A DNA stretch of 64,000 nt, from IMG/VR virus record IMGVR_UViG_3300020477_001475, positions 32,001-96,000 of that record; one strand, given 5' to 3'. The translations under genes were made by a program, and so were the position numbers. Positions 1 through 7,800 of this stretch are shown piece after piece. The stretch's first letter is position 1. Each line of letters starts with the position of its first letter. The DNA is from a virus. The notes beneath the pieces were generated by a model. That model saw only the letters and a list, made by a program, of their open reading frames with translations. It was not told the DNA's origin and did not search any database.

Positions 1-47
1 CCCCATTTATCAACGAAGGTTATTTTGTCGTTTACTTTTAAAGTCAT
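1..47 (-). CDS. N-terminal part of a hypothetical protein (MTLKVNDKITFVDKWG...), runs off the window
   Basis: ATG at 47 with AAAGGA RBS and a promoter-like motif at 91-119 upstream; frame open to window edge. Confidence 0.6.
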   Translation of the reverse strand, partial: MTLKVNDKITFVDKW

Positions 48-90
48 ATTGTTTTCCTTTTCTTTTGTTTTTCCGTTAACCATACAGTAT

Positions 91-119
91 ACGTTAAAGG
101 TATTTGAGTGATCCTACAA
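91..119 (-). promoter_or_regulatory. sigma70-like promoter (TTGTAG-17-TAACGT)
   Basis: Member of a repeated motif family; upstream of the ORF starting at 47. Confidence 0.55.
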
Positions 120-337
120 CGTTTATTTTAAATTGTTACATATTGTTACATTTGATAGTCTTTTGTCAATCTTATTGACAAAAGGTTTGTTAATAGCTCC
201 ATATGAAAAAAGCTACCTTGCGGCGTGCATCGATATGGGCTCCTTGGCAGGTTCTTTTTTAATAGCGAAAAACCAAATGAAGATGAATTAGTTTAGGTGT
301 GGTGGCAATCAATTGCCCTGCCTATCATTGTGCTACG

Positions 338-378
338 AAAATAATGATGGTGGCCAAATGAATGACCACCACCATCGT
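338..378 (-). terminator. Putative intrinsic terminator after the AAA ATPase
   Basis: Minus-strand hairpin TGGTGGTCA-TTCATT-TGGCCACCA followed by TCATTATTTT, just past the stop codon. Confidence 0.45.
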
Positions 379-382
379 GGGA

Positions 383-1552
383 CTAGTTAGTTGAGGAACC
401 CGCTTCGCTCATTTCTTCTTCCGAGAAGAGATTTTCATCAGTGCCGTCATTTATGAACTTTTGAACAATTTGTTTCACGAACGTTCTTTCAGAATCAACC
501 CCACCAGCGTCATCATATTGAGGATAAATACTAACTTCAGCTGCTTCTTCTAACTTGAAACCATCGAATAGTAACCCAGATAATTCAACTGTCGTTCTTG
601 TACTAATACCAAAAGGAACTCTTGCGGTTTCAGACTTTGATTCAGATCGCGTCATCGAGGCAATCTCAGAAACATTTTTCAGAATTTCACTATCTACGTG
701 AGGAAACATATATGTAAGAAGTTCATATTCTTCTTCTTGAGACAATACATCCATTTCAACAATTGTGAAACGATCCATAAGAGCTTTGTCCATAACCCTA
801 GTCGATGTATATTCATTACCTATATTAGCGGTGGCCACAAACGTAACCCCTTGAGCAACTTTTACAGTCGCTTGAGTATCTTGTTCATCCAACCTTAAAT
901 ATCTTTGACCGTAATCTAATACTGTCATTAAAATATTCCAAGCGTCAGGATGAGCCCTGGATAATTCATCTAATAGTATCACCGCGTTTGGTGTTTGAAT
1001 TGCTTTAACAAAAAGTGCTTCTGAAAAGTATGTTCCAGAAGATTTTTCGAAATGTGTATTACCAATAAGAGTAGCTCGTGGATCTTGAGTCGCACCTAAG
1101 TTGAAATAAAAGTCAGGTCGATCAAGTGAGTTAACCAAAGCTTTAGCTGCCATAGTTTTACCACAACCTGCAGGCCCGGTCATCATAATATTTTTACCAC
1201 GAACAGCTGATCTTACTAAATACTTCCACTTTAATTCTTTCATCATCAACCCTTTAGGCTTCAATGAATATGAATTATGAATGAAGTTAAGTACTTCGGC
1301 GTGATCCGTTGGGATTTCCACACCCATAGTTGCCGTTTCAACAACTGGTGCAGATTCTACATTGTCAACCCTACGCCAGTAGGTCTTACCAGTAGTACCA
1401 ACAAATCTACCTAATAGATAATTCCCTTCGAAGGCTTTCCTACGGCAATTTGTGGTGATTTCAGAAGTACGCTTAATACCATCAGTATCCCAAGCGTTAA
1501 ACCGGTTACCCGATTTCTCAATCCTTACTATTAAATTTGGTGTCTTGTTCAT
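383..1552 (-). CDS. MoxR/CbbQ/NirQ-type AAA+ ATPase
   Basis: Walker A GPAGCGKT, Walker B ILLDELSRA, sensor ATAN, DKALMDRF arginine-finger motif, ISTR helix; RBS AAGGA. Confidence 0.88.
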   Translation of the reverse strand: MNKTPNLIVRIEKSGNRFNAWDTDGIKRTSEITTNCRRKAFEGNYLLGRFVGTTGKTYWRRVDNVESAPVVETATMGVEIPTDHAEVLNFIHNSYSLKPKGLMMKELKWKYLVRSAVRGKNIMMTGPAGCGKTMAAKALVNSLDRPDFYFNLGATQDPRATLIGNTHFEKSSGTYFSEALFVKAIQTPNAVILLDELSRAHPDAWNILMTVLDYGQRYLRLDEQDTQATVKVAQGVTFVATANIGNEYTSTRVMDKALMDRFTIVEMDVLSQEEEYELLTYMFPHVDSEILKNVSEIASMTRSESKSETARVPFGISTRTTVELSGLLFDGFKLEEAAEVSIYPQYDDAGGVDSERTFVKQIVQKFINDGTDENLFSEEEMSEAGSSTN

Positions 1553-1600
1553 TAAAAATCCTTTCTTAAAATGTTTAAATTATCGTCAACCATACACTAT

Positions 1601-1629
1601 ACGTTAATACATCCTGGCCGATCCTACAA
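1601..1629 (-). promoter_or_regulatory. sigma70-like promoter (TTGTAG-17-TAACGT) for the AAA ATPase
   Basis: Near-copy of the 91-119 motif, including GATC after the -35. Confidence 0.55.
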
Positions 1630-1641
1630 CGTTTTTGTCAA

Positions 1642-1763
1642 ATTAAATTGTAACAATATGTAACAAGATTGTGGGGGAATTTTTTTCCATATTCCTGCCC
1701 CCTCTAATTTAACACTGTTTGACAATACAAAACAACGTTAGTTACATATTGTTACAATTTAAT
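1642..1763. repeat. Perfect 23-bp inverted repeat (1642-1664 / 1741-1763) flanking a 76-bp segment with a promoter-like motif
   Basis: attaaattgtaacaatatgtaac and its exact reverse complement gttacatattgttacaatttaat. Confidence 0.85.
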
Positions 1764-1797
1764 GAGTGTTGATAATATGTTGATAAGTATTAGGCAT

Positions 1798-1831
1798 AAA
1801 AAAAAGGCGAGAGGATTAAACTCGCCTTTTT
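1798..1831 (-). terminator. Intrinsic terminator (possibly bidirectional)
   Basis: AAAAAGGCGAG-loop-CTCGCCTTTTTTTT on the minus strand. Confidence 0.8.
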
Positions 1832-1963
1832 ATAGTGTTGTAGGGGAAGAAAGGACTAAAGACCCCCACAACCGAGTGATAAACGAATAGTGAGGAGAGA
1901 ACCACGAGGGACTGGAAGTATTTCGCGACCGAACTACAATCAAGTATGGTGGTTGCTCTCTTG

Positions 1964-2036
1964 AGCGGAATCGTAGAACTGCCCTACGCTCTATACACTG
2001 GTATGTGTATCGTTTCTCTCTTGAAACCTATTCCGC
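1964..2036 (-). ncRNA. Non-canonical tRNA-Gly-like cloverleaf RNA, copy A (ACC at the anticodon position)
   Basis: GCGGAAT AG GTTTC-AAGAGA-GAAAC G ATACAC-ATACCA-GTGTAT AGAG CGTAG-GGCAGTT-CTACG ATTCCGC T; four perfect stems, covarying with copy B. Confidence 0.8.
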
Positions 2037-2045
2037 AATTTTTTG

Positions 2046-2118
2046 AGCGGGATTTAGGAACTGCCCCTAACCCTTTACACTGGAATGTGTAACGAATCTC
2101 TCTTGATTCTTATCCCGC
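2046..2118 (-). ncRNA. Non-canonical tRNA-Gly-like cloverleaf RNA, copy B (TCC at the anticodon position)
   Basis: GCGGGAT AA GAATC-AAGAGA-GATTC G TTACAC-ATTCCA-GTGTAA AGGG TTAGG-GGCAGTT-CCTAA ATCCCGC T; G1-C72, C2-G71, G3-C70, U73. Confidence 0.8.
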
Positions 2119-2417
2119 AAATGTATAACCTTTATTTAATTTTCCTGGCCCGCCGACGCCATACTTGTCGATGACAGATAAGTGACTCTTAATCCTAATC
2201 GGAGGAAATTAAATACTTTCTATGTCAAAAATCTTTTTCTAATTACTTCTGAAGTGACTTGCCCTCAGTCGAACCCCCATTGGTTACGAATTATAACCCC
2301 AGAAGCATCTCCTTAATGCCCTAACCTACTTATCAAACCGGAGAAGGCCAGTAAGTATCAAACGGGCGGTGTTACACGATTTTTAAATTCATATCATATC
2401 CTTTTCCATTATACTAT

Positions 2418-2447
2418 AATATACGGCTGATCTGCCATACAAAACAA
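2418..2447 (-). promoter_or_regulatory. sigma70-like promoter (TTGTTT-18-TATATT), probably driving the ncRNA unit
   Basis: Repeated promoter family; no sizeable ORF between it and the terminator at 1798-1831. Confidence 0.55.
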
Positions 2448-2460
2448 CGTTTATTTTAAA

Positions 2461-2616
2461 TTAATCTAAATAAAATTCATTTTCTATTAGGTATTCAATC
2501 TCTGCCAATTCGGCATCTGTAGGTTCTTCCACCACCATTTCTTCTTCAGTAGGTTCAGGCGTAGAAATTAAACCCAAGTTTTCTAATTCTTGAAAATATT
2601 CTTTAACTTTTGCCAT
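2461..2616 (-). CDS. 51-aa highly acidic hypothetical protein (below ORF-track cutoff)
   Basis: MAKVKEYFQELENLGLISTPEPTEEEMVVEEPTDAELAEIEYLIENEFYLD; AAGGGA RBS; promoter at 2656-2684. Confidence 0.75.
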   Translation of the reverse strand: MAKVKEYFQELENLGLISTPEPTEEEMVVEEPTDAELAEIEYLIENEFYLD

Positions 2617-2655
2617 TCTTCAAATCCCTTTATTTATTAATTAACTTAACGATCA

Positions 2656-2684
2656 AATATACGGCGGTTCGGCCGATCCTACAA
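2656..2684 (-). promoter_or_regulatory. sigma70-like promoter (TTGTAG-17-TATATT)
   Basis: Repeated promoter family; upstream of the 51-aa ORF. Confidence 0.6.
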
Positions 2685-2785
2685 CGTTTTTGTGCGATTG
2701 TTACAAATTGTTACATTTCAGGGCTCTTTTTATGGGTGTGCCACGCTCCAAATCCATGAAATTTACACGATTTTTACAAAATGTA

Positions 2786-2829
2786 TGTGGATAAGTGTGT
2801 GGATAACGTTATCAACAATGTTATCAACA
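2786..2829. promoter_or_regulatory. Cluster of four DnaA-box-like 9-mers
   Basis: TGTGGATAA at 2786 and 2798 (perfect TTATCCACA, reversed), TTATCAACA at 2809 and 2821 (1 mismatch). Confidence 0.6.
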
Positions 2830-3000
2830 GTTGAATACGCCACCCAGAAAATTTTTTTTGCGGTGTGTATATCCTTGGTCCCTCAGTAATCTCTACTAGA
2901 CACTAAAATCACTAAAAATAATTTAATGTCTGTTATCTAACCACTTTAAACCACTTTAAACCACCCTTCACCATTTTATATCTTGTAAAGTGTGTATTAT

Positions 3001-3189
3001 TTAATCTTCGTTTGGTGTTTTTACCGCGAATGTCACAACCCTAATAAATTCGTCTTCGTTGACCAAATCATTCTTTATTAGGTAGTCTTCTACTTGGAAA
3101 TCGTGGAACATCAATCTATCTGATGTAAATTCAAATCGTTTTTCCTTCGCTTCGAAGAACTCGCTCTTAACCATGTAAGTGTACGTCAT
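3001..3189 (-). CDS. Hypothetical protein
   Basis: 62-aa ORF overlapping the upstream gene by ATGA coupling. Confidence 0.6.
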   Translation of the reverse strand: MTYTYMVKSEFFEAKEKRFEFTSDRLMFHDFQVEDYLIKNDLVNEDEFIRVVTFAVKTPNED

Positions 3190-3398
3190 TGCTTGGTTTC
3201 TTTCTCTTTGTTATATAAATGCCGTAGTTTTCCACCCAAACTCATATCATTGGGATTATCATAAACTAATTTTTTAATTTCTCTTTCTTTATCTTGATAT
3301 TTAGCAACTAATATCTGTAACCTACTTACTTCTTTTTCTGTTGTACTTAACGCTGATATGTAATCAGCTAGTAATTCTTTGTAATTTTGTTTATCCAT
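3186..3398 (-). CDS. Hypothetical phage protein (PNDMSLG motif)
   Basis: 70-aa ORF in a tightly packed minus-strand run. Confidence 0.65.
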   Translation of the reverse strand: MDKQNYKELLADYISALSTTEKEVSRLQILVAKYQDKEREIKKLVYDNPNDMSLGGKLRHLYNKEKETKQ

Positions 3399-3534
3399 TG
3401 TAGTTTATATCCCTTGGATCATTGCCCATAATTTTCATTATATCTTCTGTTAATTGTTCTCTTAATGCTTCAGAAGATAGATTGGCTTGATTGTCTGCGT
3501 ATTCTTTTAATAGTTCCATTATATTACTTTTCAT
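3391..3534 (-). CDS. Small hypothetical protein (47 aa)
   Basis: MKSNIMELLKEYADNQANLSSEALREQL...; fills the gap between neighbours, GGAG RBS. Confidence 0.55.
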   Translation of the reverse strand: MKSNIMELLKEYADNQANLSSEALREQLTEDIMKIMGNDPRDINYNG

Positions 3535-3537
3535 ATC

Positions 3538-3753
3538 TTAATACTCTCCATCGTCTTCTTGTTCTACACTAACTATAATATCATCCTTTAATACAGGACT
3601 ATTCATATGTACTTGAACAATAGAGCCACTTGCTTCAGACTCTGGAGGATTATTTTTATAATCTTCTACAACCTTTTTTGCATGTTTCTTTATCTCTTTA
3701 TTATGTTCATCATAAAATTCTAATATTTCATCTGGTAAATCAGCCTTAGTCAT
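3538..3753 (-). CDS. Hypothetical protein
   Basis: 71-aa ORF with AAGGAG RBS. Confidence 0.65.
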   Translation of the reverse strand: MTKADLPDEILEFYDEHNKEIKKHAKKVVEDYKNNPPESEASGSIVQVHMNSPVLKDDIIVSVEQEDDGEY

Positions 3754-3837
3754 TTTTAAAACTCCTTACTAACCAGACTATAGTTGCTACTGCACCCATA
3801 CTAAATAGTCCAGTCATTATTATTGTATATAATGCTA

Positions 3838-4038
3838 TTAATATTTCTTCCATAATTTATTACACTCTTTCATTTCGTTTACAGTTAATTTAACTCTATT
3901 GAAATTTTTTATTTTATTTATAAGTTCTTCTACATAGTCCATTTCTTCAAGCTTACTACCAAAATTATTAGATGCCTTGTCTGTTTCTGATATTAGTTTT
4001 AATAATTTTTCTAATCTTTCTAATATACTTTCACTCAT
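3838..4038 (-). CDS. Hypothetical protein, paralogue of 4035-4289
   Basis: Shared LEKL...E.V..L...M..CN.LWKKY pattern. Confidence 0.7.
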   Translation of the reverse strand: MSESILERLEKLLKLISETDKASNNFGSKLEEMDYVEELINKIKNFNRVKLTVNEMKECNKLWKKY

Positions 4039-4289
4039 TTATATTTCTTCCATAAACCATTACAATGTTCCATTTCTAATTTTGTAATTCTATGATGTGG
4101 GTTAACTTTTAAATCTGCCCTTAAATCATCTACAAATTCTAAATCTTCTGTATGCCGAGGTGTAATATTACCTATCAATTTTCGTAATTTTTCTAACTTA
4201 GGTAGTATATTTTTTCGATAGTGAAAGTTTTCATTCATTCCATCGATTTTGTCCTTATCTTCTAATATATCAATCAATCTATTTGACAT
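4035..4289 (-). CDS. Hypothetical protein, paralogue of 3838-4038
   Basis: GAGGA RBS; C-terminal MEHCNGLWKKYK. Confidence 0.7.
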   Translation of the reverse strand: MSNRLIDILEDKDKIDGMNENFHYRKNILPKLEKLRKLIGNITPRHTEDLEFVDDLRADLKVNPHHRITKLEMEHCNGLWKKYK

Positions 4290-4424
4290 TTAGTGTTTTC
4301 CTCATTGTGTAAATAATACATATATAATAAATAAAATTACTCCCACACATATAGTCATTGTAATTTTTTCGATAGTACTCATAATTGACCAATATGATGG
4401 AGGGGGTTGATTCTTTTTCATATC

Positions 4425-4586
4425 TTATTCACCTAATTCTTTTAATCTATCCTTTAATTCTGCATTTTCCATTGATAATGCAACTAATTCCATTTGTCTA
4501 TCCACATTACTTGAAGCACTTAATATCGCAGTCAACATAAATCCCATAGGTGCTCCTACCATCATTCCAAATATAAATTCTAACAT
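4425..4586 (-). CDS. Small membrane-anchored coiled-coil protein (53 aa)
   Basis: MLEFIFGMMVGAPMGFMLTAILSAS hydrophobic N-terminus; AGGA RBS; promoter at 4616-4645. Confidence 0.6.
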   Translation of the reverse strand: MLEFIFGMMVGAPMGFMLTAILSASSNVDRQMELVALSMENAELKDRLKELGE

Positions 4587-4615
4587 ATTCTATTTTCCTG
4601 TTTTACTTGTATGTT

Positions 4616-4645
4616 AATATACAACTATTATTTTATATACTACAA
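4616..4645 (-). promoter_or_regulatory. sigma70-like promoter (TTGTAG-18-TATATT) heading the small-ORF run
   Basis: Repeated promoter family. Confidence 0.55.
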
Positions 4646-4819
4646 CGTTTTTCTTCACTTGCCATATTATAAATATGTATAGGCGTATAGATAATAAATT
4701 CGATGTGGTTGTCTACGCTAATCATAAAATTTTAATTTTATGATCCACGAATGTTATATCTTTTATCCTAATCATATTTTTACAATGCGAGGAGGCGTTA
4801 TCCAAAATTTTTTTCTTCA

Positions 4820-7800
4820 TCAACAATTTTCAAGTGTAAGACAATCATCTTGTTCAGCTGATATATCCACCATCGATGATAATCCTCCAAAATCACCAGT
4901 AACATTTGTACCATCAGCAGAATAAAAACCTTCTTCAGTTAATCTTAATTCTTGACATGATTGAAAATCTAAATAGTGTATCGGGTAATGTGATGCCCAA
5001 TTAGGAACATGACCTCCTGGTGTATTAGAAACCCCATCACCAATAAAAGTAAATGGTGGGTTATCAGCATTCAAATCATGCATAGCAATTAAACCACCAG
5101 AATGACTTTCACCAAAATGATCATACCACATACCTTCATGGCTCGTTGTTAAATCTACGCACCCGTGAGTAAAAGGTACATCTACATATTGCTCCATACC
5201 AGCTACACCTCTCATACCCATGGTATATTTAGCTATATTAAATGCATACGCATCATCTCCACCATGATAATTTGCAAATGCCACATCTGTATCTATAGTT
5301 TTCTTTACAGTTAATGCATCAGTGAGGCTAGGATAAAATATATCATAAGTGCTTGGATTATCAGCACCAAGAAATTGATATATAGGAGTTGTGTTAGAAA
5401 ATTGTTTCATTCTAGTAATATCAGGATAATCAGGAGCCATTGTATTTACTGGTTGATAATTACCGTCACTAAATTGGGAATAATTATAAATTATATTTTC
5501 GCAATCATTATCTTCAAGTTCTTCATACGTATCACAGTTATCAGCAGTTGTTAATGTCCAGGTTCCATTTGGATAGTCCGCACCATCACTTTCACAATGT
5601 TCGTTACTGTCTGTACAATACCAATACCAATCTCCCACAGCTGTTCTATATGTATGGTATGCATCAGGATCATAATAAGTTTCCGTCCAATTACCATTTT
5701 CCGGAACTGGATCTAATTCCCGATTGGCTATAACAGCATCACATGAAGGACCTTCACCATCTATCAAGTTTTGTATTGAATAACCTCCATCAGGTCCATC
5801 TACAAAAAATCCAGGTTGTGTTAATATAGTTGCTATATTACCACATAATGCTGAATAATCAAGAAAACCTGCTCCTGCAATAGCAGATGTTGATATCATA
5901 TTTGGTTCAATTCTAAAATTTTCAACATACTCCACATCACCTTCAGCTATACCACCTATTTTACCCATCGTGACATCATATGTATTTGGATTATAATAAT
6001 TTGGTGTACCAGTTGCCATTGGTGCAGGAGGCCAGTTAGAACACATATTATTATTAAAACCAAAACCTTGATTATGAAGCCCATCACTACAATCAGTCAT
6101 ATCCCACCAACCCCAAAATTTAGAAGGGTAACCTTTCAAAGATCCCACACCAAATGCATTAACTTGATATGGGTAACCGCCTTTATTAGGAGCTATGTGC
6201 AATTCATTCATAAAATGACCTTTATAACCCCATTTATTAGGTAAAAATTTAGGTACCCATATTTTTGGATTTCTCATCATACCATATTTTGGGAATTCAG
6301 TAGCAGGTTGTTTTGTCAGCTTTATACCTATTTCAAATTTTACTTTTGTACCTTTGGGAATTATACCAGTTCCAACTAATTTATGCCAATAAGATCCATC
6401 AGTATAATCTCCACCTGGATTTAGACGACCTGCAGCGCCAGTAGGATCACCACCTGAATCATAATCCACAAAATTCATTAAATCACTCATAGGTCCACCA
6501 CCTACAGACCATTCACTATAACCCCATGCTTGTTCTCTATCACCCATTGAATCACCACTATACAAATGTAAAGTACTTGGATTATCTGATTGTATATGAG
6601 GAGTAGTACCATAATCACTTCCAGGAATATTACGTTCACCTGGTTGATTAAAACTGTGAGAAGCACCTTCGTGATGTATCCAGCCAGTATCTATATCACC
6701 CCAAGAAACTCTATATACCAATGAATGAACTCCCCTATTACCTGCACCAGACCTAATAGATTTAGATTCAGCAGACATCATTATATTATAAATGGGTACA
6801 TCTTTATCGAATACAATAGTTTTTTGAAAAAGTTTATTAAGACTACCATATCCTGAATTTGTGGAGCCCCATGGTATTTGAGTGTCCCACCAATCAGGAT
6901 CCATAGATGAAGGGTTATTATGATGTTGCATACACCCAGTATAACAATCAGGACATTCTTCTCCCCATCTATCGATGTAACCCTTACCACCTGAATATTT
7001 ATCACTTACTTCATGCATACCAGAAGTTGTAGTTCCTAAAGTTGGACAAAGTACAGGCTCACAACAGCTTCCATTATTGCATATTGAATTAGAAACGGTG
7101 AATCCAGGTTGAAGTCCTGTAAGCATTTGTGAAAAATCTTCTAGGAATTCCCAAAACCATCCAGGTTGTTGTCCTTCAGCATTACCCCATCCAACACAAT
7201 AAGAAGAACCTTGTGCAGGATCCATACCAAATGGCCATGGTTTTTGATGTACATCACCATTAGGATAACTTTCATCAGGAATATATCCTGTATCAGCACA
7301 ACCATCATCATAATAACCATTATGCCAAGTACCTATATCACTCACAGTGTTGTCATTTACATCAAAATAACCACAACAATCTGCAGAACAAAATTGAGAT
7401 TCTGAATAAGGATCCACATTACTTGTATGATATAAATTAGTATCAGTCATTCCTAATATATAACCTCTTTCACCATCAGACATTTCAAGTTCACCACTAA
7501 TAGAATTATCTATAAATGTATCTCCAACAACAACTTGACCTGCCAATGAATTATCGTGAGTACTATTAGGACAAAATCCACCACATATAGCTCTACCACC
7601 ACAAGCATTATTATATTGATAACCTTCATCAGTACTTGTTGTTGGGTGAGATTTTAATTCTTCTCGAACCGACCAACCTTGATCGATTATTTGACGACAT
7701 TGAATTTGACCTGGATAAGTATAATTACCATCAGGATCATAAGCAGGATACCATTCACTATAACAATCATGGCTTCTCGTATCTCCACAATAAGGATCAC

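Noticed and set aside
206-260. Structured RNA or terminator downstream of the ATPase terminator
   Set aside because: Only an imperfect AAAAAAG..ACCT/AGGT..CTTTTTT stem with a large loop; no second copy or covariation to support it.
1895-1960. HDV-like (theta) ribozyme directly after the tRNA-like copy A
   Set aside because: A CCA-GTCCCTCG-TGG hairpin resembles P3/L3, but the GG for P1.1 and a P2/catalytic-C arrangement could not be found.
1961-2120. CRISPR array or simple tandem repeat
   Set aside because: Only two units, no repeat-spacer alternation; differences are compensatory stem changes, indicating structured RNA.
2692-2889. 65-aa plus-strand ORF
   Set aside because: Opposite to all other genes, no RBS, and overlaps operator and DnaA-box motifs.
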